Below, piece after piece: positions 45,653 through 54,766 of a DNA stretch of 64,000 nt; within the stretch, counting starts at the first letter, position 1, and every line of letters starts with the position of its first letter. A model generated the notes under the pieces. The model was not told where the DNA came from. It made no database searches and saw nothing but the letters and a program-made list of their open reading frames with translations. This DNA comes from a virus, in IMG/VR virus record IMGVR_UViG_3300050821_005814, positions 1 through 64,000 of that record. One strand, 5' to 3'. Made by a program: the position numbers and the translations under genes.

Positions 45653-45795
45653 AACCGGTACCGGACATAGCTCATCCGCCGCCCCAGCCGATACTCATTC
45701 CATTGCTGATGCCAGAGCGCACTTGCTTCCTGCGATGTCGTGATGCAGATCTCCCACCTGCCATCGCGGAACATGTAGACTGTATAGCGTATCAT
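45649..45795 (-). CDS. Small hypothetical protein (48 aa)
   Basis: Not in track; ATG overlaps terL stop and TGA overlaps next ATG (ATGA at both ends). Confidence 0.45.
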   Translation of the reverse strand: MIRYTVYMFRDGRWEICITTSQEASALWHQQWNEYRLGRRMSYVRYRL

Positions 45796-47123
45796 CCTGC
45801 CAATTTCTCCCAAACGCCAAGACCACCACGCTTGGTAATATACCCGTCAAGCGAGTAACCGACCGCATCCCACCCATGGTTGTGCGCGTCGACTACTATC
45901 GGCAGTATCAGCGGCTGCTTTGTGACTGGATCAATACGCTTCTCGTCAGTCTTGTAGGAATAGAGCCTCGCCTCCTGCGCCATACCGACGCAGCGCTCGT
46001 GAATGTGAATCTTGCCAAAGCCCTTCAGGTGCGAGATGCGGTCTTCAACGCACCCCTGCCACTTGAGTGCAGCAGACATGTTGATGCCTTGCCGCAATAC
46101 ATAGCTGATCGTCTCCGGCCGCGCGTTGTCCGCCTTCACCGGCCAGTCAGTGATACCAGGAATGCCCTCGTACTGCATGCCGCTGATTGGTGCGCGGCCG
46201 CCCTTCAGCGCGTAGGGGATGTCTTCCAACTCAACGCCAACGCCGAAGAACTCATGCGTGATCCACAAGTCGTTGTTGTGGATGTAGCTGCGTATGCCGC
46301 ACAGCGGATCGTTCGCAAAGCCAAAGTCGACGCCGTAGAAGTACTTGTCGACGATCTCAGGTTCCTCGAACCCTTCGATCGCATAGCGGTCCTTGAAGAT
46401 AGCTGCTGACGAAATATGCCGGCACATACCCTCCCACACCCAGTCGTACGCGTCTGCGTCTGTCAGCATCATTTGCTTGCGCAGACGATTGAGCGACTCA
46501 GGGAACCATGGATTGTCCTGCCAGCCTACCTTCTCGACGAGTGCGTCTGTCGAATGACCTGTGACAAACGTCGCATACATGTAGTCGTCGGGATCAACGG
46601 CATTGAAGCTGATCCAAATCTCCGGGTTGATACCGCCACGCTCGCCTCTGATCGTTGGGTCGAGGAGCAGCATGGACTCGCGTGATGTCGTCTGCCCTTC
46701 CTCAATCCAGCAAATCGTCACACCTTCAAGCGATCGTATCTCAGCGATGTTACGCTTGAGTCCGCGGAAGATGAACTCACTACCCGTCAGCTTGCATCGT
46801 ATCGTGCGGTCGGTGATCTCGAAGAACGCTGCTAGTCCGAGTGCGCGTATCTGACCTGCAATGACACGATGCACGCTGTCAGCGATACTCGTCTGGAACT
46901 CACGCGTGCAGAGTATCAAATGTTTCTGCACCATCGCACGCCCAATTGCCGCACGTGCAAATGATCGGCTCTTAGCCCCGCCTCGACCGCCCCAGGCGAC
47001 CCGATATCTTACCGCCTCACCCGCGTCGGTCGTGCTCGCGGATAACAGCTTGCGAAAGCGCGGCGGGAAGCGGATGCGAAGAGGACCAGGACCTTCTGAA
47101 TCTGTGAGAGCGTCGAGAGGCAT
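45792..47123 (-). CDS. terL: Terminase large subunit (PBSX family)
   Basis: Walker A GGRGGAKS, CTREFQ.SI.DS, Walker B WIEEG, PTIR, DNPWFP, GVDFGF..DP, NHGWDA. Confidence 0.95.
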   Translation of the reverse strand: MPLDALTDSEGPGPLRIRFPPRFRKLLSASTTDAGEAVRYRVAWGGRGGAKSRSFARAAIGRAMVQKHLILCTREFQTSIADSVHRVIAGQIRALGLAAFFEITDRTIRCKLTGSEFIFRGLKRNIAEIRSLEGVTICWIEEGQTTSRESMLLLDPTIRGERGGINPEIWISFNAVDPDDYMYATFVTGHSTDALVEKVGWQDNPWFPESLNRLRKQMMLTDADAYDWVWEGMCRHISSAAIFKDRYAIEGFEEPEIVDKYFYGVDFGFANDPLCGIRSYIHNNDLWITHEFFGVGVELEDIPYALKGGRAPISGMQYEGIPGITDWPVKADNARPETISYVLRQGINMSAALKWQGCVEDRISHLKGFGKIHIHERCVGMAQEARLYSYKTDEKRIDPVTKQPLILPIVVDAHNHGWDAVGYSLDGYITKRGGLGVWEKLAG

Positions 47124-47126
47124 GAC

Positions 47127-47624
47127 TCAATTGCCTTGCGCCTCTTGGCCATACGACTTCCCCGACAACCATATATGTCTGGGGTCGCTATTGAGATACC
47201 CTGACGACAACCCATCGATCGTTGTCATGTAGATGCGGAAGTCGTAGATGTCCTCGCCATTCGCATAGTCACAGCCACAATTGATGACTGCCCCCGAGTT
47301 GACGAATGTGTCGTAGGCCTCGCCGCCAAGCGCTGCCCAAAAGTCGACGCCATTCTTATGCACAGATAGCACGAGGTTGAGATTGACCATTAGCGGCGCG
47401 CCAAAGTTCATGACCCAACCCTGTGCGCACCAGTCAATATGACCGGCTTGCGGCTTCCACTGGAAGTTGACGTTGTCCCACTCGCCGCCTGTGTCATAGC
47501 CCTTCACGCCAGCAAAGTTGAAGTCAGTGCGGCCCTGCATCTTCGTGTAGCCGCCGACAGGACCGTGGGGGATGCCCATCTGCGACAAACTACCATTGGG
47601 TCCAGCACGAAAGCTATTGATCAT
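47127..47624 (-). CDS. C1q/TNF-like domain protein
   Basis: SFRA.....Q.....TK....DFN...YD.....FQW.P.AG...KNG...NG.D...HIWLSG pattern. Confidence 0.45.
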   Translation of the reverse strand: MINSFRAGPNGSLSQMGIPHGPVGGYTKMQGRTDFNFAGVKGYDTGGEWDNVNFQWKPQAGHIDWCAQGWVMNFGAPLMVNLNLVLSVHKNGVDFWAALGGEAYDTFVNSGAVINCGCDYANGEDIYDFRIYMTTIDGLSSGYLNSDPRHIWLSGKSYGQEAQGN

Positions 47625-47646
47625 TCGTCCTATGTTCCTTGCAAGT

Positions 47647-47736
47647 GCAGAGGCTGAGCGCCGGTTCGGGACCTTCAGTCGTCAGGGGAGCCGGGGGAGG
47701 AACGCCAGCGCGACCAAAGGGTCGCTCAGCCTCTGC
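47647..47736. repeat. 14-bp perfect inverted repeat enclosing 62 nt
   Basis: GCAGAGGCTGAGCG (47647-60) / CGCTCAGCCTCTGC (47723-36), intergenic. Confidence 0.8.
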
Positions 47737-47759
47737 TTCGTTGAGCGCTTAGCTGCGCC

Positions 47760-48101
47760 TTATAGTGACTCGCGCTTGATGCGCGCACGTTGTTCGACTT
47801 TTGCATGACGCACTGCATGGAGTAGTTCAAACAATGACGCATGCGCTAACCAAGAAGCGAAGTCGCGCTTGCGCACACCATCCGACTCCGCATACATCAT
47901 CAACCCAAGCGTCTGCACATCGCTGCCTTCACGCACTACCATGTGCTGCAAGTCAGCGCGCGGCACAAAGCCTGCTTTCGCCCACTCAACGCGAATTGCG
48001 CGACGCATGCGATAGGTAGCGACATGCGTGATCTCTTTGTCTTCATCCGTGCGCGGCGGCCGATGCCAGCTCACTTGTACGTCGCCCATGGATGCGAGCA
48101 T
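47760..48101 (-). CDS. Hypothetical protein
   Basis: ORF in packed minus-strand run. Confidence 0.45.
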   Translation of the reverse strand: MLASMGDVQVSWHRPPRTDEDKEITHVATYRMRRAIRVEWAKAGFVPRADLQHMVVREGSDVQTLGLMMYAESDGVRKRDFASWLAHASLFELLHAVRHAKVEQRARIKRESL

Positions 48102-48364
48102 GGATCAGTCGTCGGCCAGTAGTTCTTCTCAACGGCAATGTTCACGCCGTTCTCGCACTCAATGAGCATCGTGCGTGATGGAGGTGCGGTCGTCAGCACT
48201 GACCCAGCAGGCGGGGAATTCTGCTGAGGCCAAGGCGGATCGTTCAACGCCCCCTCATCGCACAGCGTGATCATACCCTTGACATTATCCCACACCATAG
48301 TGCATTCCGGCGCAGGCGACGCAGCAATCGTCAGGAGAGCGGCAAGCAAAGCTAGTGCGCGCAT
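48071..48364 (-). CDS. Small exported protein
   Basis: MRALALLAALLTIAASPA signal-like leader; Cys pairs. Confidence 0.5.
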   Translation of the reverse strand: MRALALLAALLTIAASPAPECTMVWDNVKGMITLCDEGALNDPPWPQQNSPPAGSVLTTAPPSRTMLIECENGVNIAVEKNYWPTTDPCSHPWATYK

Positions 48365-48648
48365 TTGACTACATCCTGCAACGCATCCAATGGCAGCGAG
48401 TAACGCTCATGCACGAGACGAACGAACTTGTCCGCATCCCACTTGAACGTCAGCACCATCGAGTAGCGCTGCGCCTTCTGCGCATCGGTTGGCTCGTCCG
48501 CGTCGCACGTGTAGCACTCAAGCGCAATGTCCGCGAGATCATCGACTGCTGATGCAGGCATCGATGTGAAAGTCGTCAGCGCCTTTGCGGCGCCCTCGAT
48601 CACCGCATGTATGCGGTTGATGCCAGCACCCTTCGAGTAGGTGACCAT
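48352..48648 (-). CDS. Hypothetical protein
   Basis: 98 aa ORF. Confidence 0.4.
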   Translation of the reverse strand: MVTYSKGAGINRIHAVIEGAAKALTTFTSMPASAVDDLADIALECYTCDADEPTDAQKAQRYSMVLTFKWDADKFVRLVHERYSLPLDALQDVVKCAH

Positions 48649-48819
48649 TATCGTGTCTTCTCAGCCCCCATCACAAAGCAGTGCGCTGATGCTAGCTGCG
48701 TCGCTTGTATCCACTGCGCTGCTAGATCACACGCCTGCAGGTTTGCCCAACCATCCTTGATGGCAACCCCATGGCTGCTCACCGTGATCAGGACTATACC
48801 TGCAAGCAAGCCGCGCACG

Positions 48820-49008
48820 CTACTTGTCCTTGAAGAAGGCACCCAAGAGCGAGTTGATGAAGCTGCCATCGCCTTTCGGTAGCATCAAACCAGTCACCTC
48901 ACGCAACGTGCGCGGTCCAATGCCGCCAAGCTTACCGTTGGAGCGTGTGCGGCGCATGCTATTGCGACGTTCAGCGCGATAGCGGCGTAGGCTATTCCCT
49001 TTCGGCAT
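48820..49008 (-). CDS. Small basic hypothetical protein
   Basis: ATG overlaps upstream TGA. Confidence 0.4.
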   Translation of the reverse strand: MPKGNSLRRYRAERRNSMRRTRSNGKLGGIGPRTLREVTGLMLPKGDGSFINSLLGAFFKDK

Positions 49009-49187
49009 CAGATCAGTCCCTTCTCTCGCGCGATCCCAGTTGGGATGGTATATACATCGCCGTCACGCTCAACGAGCGCCTTAGGTAACCATACCTTCTT
49101 ATCGCCATCGCTCACGAGCCATGCAAGATCGGTCTCGTGAACGTAGTCCAAGGTGAGATCAACGATCTCGTCACCCTTCTGCGGCAT
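49008..49187 (-). CDS. Small phage protein (59 aa)
   Basis: Not in track; MPQKGDEIVDLTLDYVHETDLAWLVSDGDKKVWLPKAL...TIP..IAREKGLI, a common phage HET.KA/WLPKS pattern; GAGGGAG RBS. Confidence 0.6.
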   Translation of the reverse strand: MPQKGDEIVDLTLDYVHETDLAWLVSDGDKKVWLPKALVERDGDVYTIPTGIAREKGLI

Positions 49188-49209
49188 TTGACTCTCCCTC
49201 AGCTAAGGG

Positions 49210-49223
49210 AGCATATACCCGAC
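49210..49223 (-). promoter_or_regulatory. Putative promoter motif GTCGGGTATATGCT
   Basis: Identical 14-mer at 54046-54059; upstream of the 49187 start. Confidence 0.5.
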
Positions 49224-49690
49224 GTTCAACGCATGTCCGCACTATGCTGCACATGGCGGGATAGAGACAGGCGCCGCGTAGTGAGCACTGGTAACGATAG
49301 GCAATGGCCTCGGGCGCAGGGGACGCATCATGACACGCACTAGCCCAGCCGATCATATTCGCCTGCGCGATCGCTGCGTTGCGCCTATGCGCTCGACGCA
49401 AGCACGTGTTGTACCTAGCGCGCCACCAGCGGTATTGCGTGTCAGCGGTAAGCCTGCGCGTCGCACGTTCGCGCTCCATGAGCGTCCACGCTGCGACAAA
49501 TGCTTTCATTTTGGCAGCAAGTGCGCGACAACGTGCGTACGATTGCCCATACGTTTCTTCGACATGACCTTGTAAGGATGCCCTTTTGGCACATGCAGCT
49601 CCATGGTGCCTGGATCAGCATAATCAGTATGCCCTTCAGCTACTGCATGCTTAAGGCTAGTCGCATCTAACCACACGTGCACCTCAACCA

Positions 49691-49900
49691 TCACGCACAC
49701 TTCCAGGCAGCAAGACCTAGCCCAACGCCTTCATAGAAAGAGCTATCCAAGGCATGCACAAAGTCGTGCTTGATAAAGCAGTCGAAAACAACGTTGGCTG
49801 CTACCAGCGATCCCCACAAGATCAACATGTCAATGCGACGCTTGCGGCGCTGCTCACGCACAACGCGTGTGATGGTCTCGAGCAATTGCTCGCTAGTCAT
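49691..49900 (-). CDS. Small membrane protein
   Basis: Hydrophobic segments; ATGA overlap with terS stop. Confidence 0.4.
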   Translation of the reverse strand: MTSEQLLETITRVVREQRRKRRIDMLILWGSLVAANVVFDCFIKHDFVHALDSSFYEGVGLGLAAWKCA

Positions 49901-50469
49901 GTCTCTTCAAACTCACCATCGAGGATCTCACCCTGCGCCGGACCATTGAAGTCAAAGATCAGCGTAGGTGGCGGACGCAGATTACCATCTGGGTTGTTGA
50001 TGTCGACCTGACCGCGCTTCTTCCACGTATCCTTCTGACGGTTGGTCAGCCACAACTCAATAGCACCGACATCAGGCGGGTAATGCTCTATGTACGAGGC
50101 ACGCTTGATATCACCCGTCTTACTGTCGTACCAAAGCTTCTCCGCCGCATGCTCATACCCCTTGGCACGATGGTAGAGCGCATGCGCTACAACACCATCA
50201 GCGAGGTCACCACCTTCATTCCAACTACTCGCGAATTCTGCGATACTACTACGCCAGTCTTCTATCGTCTGCGGACTGACTTCAAAGATCTCACATATGC
50301 GCTGGTGGGATAAGCCGCACATGCGTAACTTGCGTACAAGATCCGCATACCCCTCGCGATACAATGTAGGGCGCCCCACAGGACGCTCCTTCATCTCGTA
50401 CTTGCGCTTGCGGCCGAAATGCCCCTTGGGGTACTTACCCGCCATGCGCGGCAGTGATTGACGCTTCAT
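49897..50469 (-). CDS. terS: Terminase small subunit
   Basis: GRPTLY, HTH (I.EIFEVS..TI..W), ADG.VAHALY.RAKGY, HYPPD..AI..WL.NRQ...W signature; start 50469 or 50445. Confidence 0.8.
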   Translation of the reverse strand: MKRQSLPRMAGKYPKGHFGRKRKYEMKERPVGRPTLYREGYADLVRKLRMCGLSHQRICEIFEVSPQTIEDWRSSIAEFASSWNEGGDLADGVVAHALYHRAKGYEHAAEKLWYDSKTGDIKRASYIEHYPPDVGAIELWLTNRQKDTWKKRGQVDINNPDGNLRPPPTLIFDFNGPAQGEILDGEFEET

Positions 50470-50491
50470 AGTCCATAGTCCCGCAAAGGCT

Positions 50492-50779
50492 TTAGGGTGC
50501 TGCCATCGCCGTTGGATGGTCGAGGAAGGAGAACACTGGCGTGATCTCAATGCGGAGCTGGTTGCTTGCCCCACCATCCCATGACGCTTGGCTGCCTGAT
50601 GCATCAACCTGCACTGGCATCATCGGCGGATATGCATCGAGTGCTGCCTCGATGATGTCAACGGCTTTCAGCATGATGGACTGTTCAGGTTCAGCCATCT
50701 TCATCGATGATGCTTGCCGCTTGATCTCCGCCATGACGAGTGGCGGCCGGCCGGTTACCTTGTAGAAGCTCCACGACAT
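50492..50779 (-). CDS. Hypothetical protein
   Basis: MSWSF...V.ASGS motif; GGGGAG RBS. Confidence 0.55.
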   Translation of the reverse strand: MSWSFYKVTGRPPLVMAEIKRQASSMKMAEPEQSIMLKAVDIIEAALDAYPPMMPVQVDASGSQASWDGGASNQLRIEITPVFSFLDHPTAMAAP

Positions 50780-50901
50780 AGTCGATACTCCCCCTTAGTG
50801 AATGCAGCGCCAAAGCACTGCTAGCAACATGATGGCGCAACCAATGCCGAATACCGTAGCGAATGACTGCGCGAACAGATCCAAGTATGCGCGTAGTGTC
50901 T

Positions 50902-51114
50902 TCATCGCAGCAGCGGCAAGCTGTGAATGGTGCCGCCAACCAAATTGAGTAGCATGAGAATGACTATCAAGCACGCAATCACGACGACAACAACGCGTGC
51001 AGCAGTAGCGAAAGGTTGAGGTAGCGGGATTTGCTGCAACACCCACAGGACGAGCCCGACAAGCAGTCCGACAATGAGTAGATAGATCAGCAGGTAGATC
51101 AACTCGTTGATCAT
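50902..51114 (-). CDS. Two-TM small membrane protein (possible holin)
   Basis: LIYLLIVGLL..L..W....IPLPQPF hairpin topology; GGGAG RBS. Confidence 0.55.
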   Translation of the reverse strand: MINELIYLLIYLLIVGLLVGLVLWVLQQIPLPQPFATAARVVVVVIACLIVILMLLNLVGGTIHSLPLLR

Positions 51115-51127
51115 GACGTCACACTCC

Positions 51128-51637
51128 CTATTGCACGAGCTCAACATTGGCTCGATCAAACATCAGCACGACCTCGCGCTGCATCCAACTCATGAGCAGC
51201 GCTACCCGTTGCTGATCGGTCCATGTGACGAACCCCTCGCGCAGCATACCAGTCTGATGATCGACTGCGAATGCTCCCTTTAGTATGCGTACCCTGCACC
51301 CCTCGAACAGAATAGGGCGCTCGGGATCGTCCATATTGGACATGGACTTGATCTCGTCGATCGCGCCAGGCGGCAGTGCGACGGGACAGTTCTCGCTGTG
51401 GGAGAACAACTGGCGTACGCCGCGCGTTGATACTATCTTCTTCCATGGATCGGACAGCAGGTCGAATGCAACAAAAGCGTACCGCGAGAACAATGGCTTA
51501 ATCGCTGGCGCCTTCTTACTCGTGTAGCGCCGCAGGTAGGTCGGGCAGAACGCCTCAAACCCCTGCTGCATCATATGCGCGACAGCTAGGAACTCGGATC
51601 TAGGCAGCGTGTATACGCAATACCATTCGATCGCCAT
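51128..51637 (-). CDS. nusG: NusG/RfaH-family transcription antiterminator
   Basis: WYCVYT.PRSE..A...M..QGFEAFCP, PLFSRYAFV, I.STRGV, KOW-like G.RVRI.KG.F. Confidence 0.85.
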   Translation of the reverse strand: MAIEWYCVYTLPRSEFLAVAHMMQQGFEAFCPTYLRRYTSKKAPAIKPLFSRYAFVAFDLLSDPWKKIVSTRGVRQLFSHSENCPVALPPGAIDEIKSMSNMDDPERPILFEGCRVRILKGAFAVDHQTGMLREGFVTWTDQQRVALLMSWMQREVVLMFDRANVELVQ

Positions 51638-51976
51638 GCAGCACTATCCCCCGTCCGACAGCTAAGTAGCTGCCGCAGACCACAGCGGTACGACCGACTG
51701 TAGCCCCGCCAAGCTGTGAACGGGGGAACCTTATAGCGACCATTTTGGTTTGGCTGCAACGCTTTGTTTTTGGTGCAGCATTTACTACGCCTGCATACTG
51801 CTAGTGCTAGTCTGACTATAGCTTGAAGTAGATCGCGACTAGCATCCAAAAGATAGCCATGAGAAAGCCTCCTTTGGCTACATCATAATAGCGGGTGAAA
51901 GTCGCGATGAAGCACCCGCTCAAGTAGAAGCTACCCCCCAGTATGAGGAAGGGAATGGATGGTGCAGACAGATCTA

Positions 51977-52540
51977 TCACGTCTGCGGACCGATGAAGTG
52001 CCCATCCTTCAACTCGCCGACCTTCTCATAGTCCATACCGTGAATCACATGGTAGGCGTAGCCATCGCTGTTGTGCGATAGTGCGAGATACTCGCCGCGC
52101 TCCTTACGCTCGAGCACGACCGTCAGGTGATTCTGCAGGTCGTCAGGCAGTGCGTTGCGCGCAAGCAACACGTCACCGACCTGATAGCTTGTGCCGGTCG
52201 TGTAACGTCGCGTCGCAGTCAGGAGGGGCTCAATGAGTACGCGCTGCCCCTTGATCATGACGGATGCAACAGGCGGTTGCTGCTTTGGACCTACGGCAGG
52301 GCGCGGCTTGATCTCGACGAGATCGAGGTACTCTTCAGTCAACCAGCAGCGAATGTCGCCGATCGAAGGGATTTGGAACAGTACGCTCCATGTGTTCGTC
52401 TGTGGGTCGAGACGCTCAAGCATACCTATCTCCTGGCGCTGCGCGAGCATGACCAAATGACGGTTCTGCTGCATGCCGCCAACGGGATTTGGCGGGACTT
52501 CCTTGATTGTGACGCGTGAACCTGCTCTGAAGTCAGACAT
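51977..52540 (-). CDS. Hypothetical protein
   Basis: Start ATG 52540 with AAGGAG RBS. Confidence 0.55.
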   Translation of the reverse strand: MSDFRAGSRVTIKEVPPNPVGGMQQNRHLVMLAQRQEIGMLERLDPQTNTWSVLFQIPSIGDIRCWLTEEYLDLVEIKPRPAVGPKQQPPVASVMIKGQRVLIEPLLTATRRYTTGTSYQVGDVLLARNALPDDLQNHLTVVLERKERGEYLALSHNSDGYAYHVIHGMDYEKVGELKDGHFIGPQT

Positions 52541-52593
52541 GGGGATCTCCTTGCGATTGTCGTAGCCGAAGTGAACGATTGGTGGCCAGGGGC

Positions 52594-52770
52594 TCATGGT
52601 TGCCAGCTATGTAGTGCTCGCGCCTCTTGATGCGCGAAAGCGCGCAAGCGGTCCGCCTCATCATCGGTAAGCCCTTGGATTCGGCCGCTCTCAGGCGAGT
52701 AGTGCTTCGCGAGCAACGCGGCATAGATACTGGCTGCTACCAACAGCAGCACATCCCTGAAATCATCCAT
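52594..52770 (-). CDS. Small hypothetical protein
   Basis: 58 aa; overlaps upstream stop. Confidence 0.4.
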   Translation of the reverse strand: MDDFRDVLLLVAASIYAALLAKHYSPESGRIQGLTDDEADRLRAFAHQEARALHSWQP

Positions 52771-53320
52771 GATGTACCCGCCGCACAAGCGCTAGCGCGC
52801 CAAGCGCTAATGCTAGTATGAACGCACTGCGCGGTTCAGGCGTGCCAATTGAAGGCGGGAGAGGAGTACCCTCAACGCATTCGTGCAGCGCAGCATCCCA
52901 ATGATGAGCTGGTTGACACGGATGATCCTCGACAGGCGTTGTCTCAATGGCGACAATACCTGGCGTGATTATGCCGAACAGCGGGAATGCTGGTATGAAC
53001 GCGCCCCCTGGTAACTCCCCGCCGCCAAACCCGAAGGGTGCTTGCGGTACAGGGAATCCAAATGGCGGCCACCATGCTGCGTTGCCATTGTCTGCATTGG
53101 ACAAGGGAGGCGGCGCAGCCATACCTACTGGTGGGACAGGAGGTGTTGGGAACTGTGCTGTTGCTGGTGGTGGGCATGCAACAACGAGTGCCAGCACAAT
53201 GGTGGCTGGCAATGGTGGGGTTCCTGCATGCCATGCAGCAGCTCCCCATCTGGCGATCACTTCAGCTTTCGTATAGGCATGCTTGGCAACTAACACGATG
53301 CAATCACTGGCACTCGGCAT
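52763..53320 (-). CDS. PEP-CTERM sorting-domain protein, proline-rich
   Basis: C-term TPEPRSAFILALALGALALVRR = PEP motif, TM helix and basic tail; likely start ATG 53320 with GGAG RBS. Confidence 0.7.
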   Translation of the reverse strand: MPSASDCIVLVAKHAYTKAEVIARWGAAAWHAGTPPLPATIVLALVVACPPPATAQFPTPPVPPVGMAAPPPLSNADNGNAAWWPPFGFPVPQAPFGFGGGELPGGAFIPAFPLFGIITPGIVAIETTPVEDHPCQPAHHWDAALHECVEGTPLPPSIGTPEPRSAFILALALGALALVRRVHHG

Positions 53321-53345
53321 CTCCTGACACTCCATAGGCTCGCAT

Positions 53346-53357
53346 GCAATATACCCC
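53346..53357 (-). promoter_or_regulatory. Putative promoter motif GGGGTATATTGC
   Basis: Recurrent motif ~25 nt upstream of the PEP-CTERM gene start. Confidence 0.5.
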
Positions 53358-53469
53358 TGTCCCCACCAATACCAATACGCTGGCGACGGGGCGCTTGCCC
53401 CGTCGCATGTTCCGAAGCGTATACGCAAGCGAAGCGCAGCGTATACGCGAAAGGAACATCGTCATGCAT

Positions 53470-54045
53470 GCGTGTGCTAGTAGTAGGTCTAGCGGCCTAG
53501 ACATGGTACCCCCTACATCCAGTCTCGGTAGCCAAACCGACCCCCATTGTCACTGCGCTGCGCTTCGCTCCGCTTGTTCGTGGGGACCTGCACGACCTTG
53601 CAGGTCGTGCGTCCAGTCATTGGTTGTCTAAGCATGAGTTGCGGTAGCTGAAGGGATCGTTCAAACGATTCCAAAGCTATCAGGACACACGTACCCCATG
53701 CCGGAGTACGTAGTATCCCGCAGGACAGTAGTGCCAAGCCCCTCCTTGTGCAGGTCAGCGGTCTCACAAGTCGATACATCTCCCCGCGGTTTCTGCCGCG
53801 TTGCAAGTGGGAGGGAGTCCGGTGGGAGCAGTACGTATCTGACGGCGCAAGAACAACCGGACACTACCCGCCTGTCCTTGCTCTGGGTTGCTTTCTCTCA
53901 GAGCCCAGATCACTGAGGCATAGTCAAAGCCTCCATTCAGCTAATGTGCTCTAGGACAGTCGAGGCACCCAGTCCTGTATTCTGGATCGACCCCGCTAGC
54001 GATATGGTCCTGAGGCGGCAGCGCCGCTCGCATACATCAGCCCTT
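53470..54045 (-). ncRNA. Candidate large structured non-coding RNA (unknown family)
   Basis: No convincing ORF; many nested hairpins; promoter-like motif at 54046-54059 points into it. Confidence 0.35.
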
Positions 54046-54274
54046 AGCATATACCCGACATTGCATTCATATTGCCAGTTGGTAGCGGTGCATTGGCGTT
54101 AAGCGCTTGATCTCATTGCAATCACGCCTGTCAGAATTATCTGACTTGCGCACAACCGCCTGCATTGACTATGTACTGGACTGTTTGAAACAGGGAAAGG
54201 GCATACTGCACGATGCTATGCGCGCCAGGTATAGTAAGAAGCGTAGCTAGCACCCCGTGCGGATCCATAGGACC

Positions 54275-54766
54275 ATGGCAGAGAAGGCGACTCTCGATGA
54301 ACTGATAGCGGCGCTGTCTCAGCGCGACGCGCTCAGGATCCATAAGCAGCTCCTTCATCGATTCGATGCCAAGCAAGGCAAGGTCGCCCCATTCACATCA
54401 CAGGAAGACGACTTCTACACGGCCCTGCACCGCGTGATGAATGGGCGGTTGTTGCCAAAGCTTGAGCTCGCGACGCACAAGAAAATCCATGGGCGGAACG
54501 GTTACAAGCGTGCGGCTACGCAGCTATTCACGACGTTGAAGAATGGTAGTGACGGTACGCTGCGGCGGCCGCAAATGCTGGCGCTTGCCTACGAGGCGCT
54601 TAGCTGTCTTGCGGAGGCGATGGAGGAATGGGGCATCCCTGTCTCCGCCGCCAACTTGATTATGCAGATCGACAACAACCTTGAGCATGCCCTTAACGAA
54701 GCGTACCCGGGGTATCTCGAGAACCGCATGTTGCACTACCTAGCTCCGATGCTCGAGGCTGCATAG
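54275..54766 (+). CDS. Hypothetical protein (first gene of plus arm)
   Basis: ATG 54275 with AGGA RBS; C-term YPGYLE..ML. Confidence 0.6.
   Translation: MAEKATLDELIAALSQRDALRIHKQLLHRFDAKQGKVAPFTSQEDDFYTALHRVMNGRLLPKLELATHKKIHGRNGYKRAATQLFTTLKNGSDGTLRRPQMLALAYEALSCLAEAMEEWGIPVSAANLIMQIDNNLEHALNEAYPGYLENRMLHYLAPMLEAA

Noticed and set aside
53641-53650. ops-like GCGGTAGCTG as NusG-paralogue loading site
   Set aside because: On the plus strand, opposite to the late arm, and only a partial match.
53470-54045. tRNA, tmRNA, RNase P or intron identity for the structured region
   Set aside because: No cloverleaf/T-loop, tag ORF or catalytic-core motifs recognised by eye.
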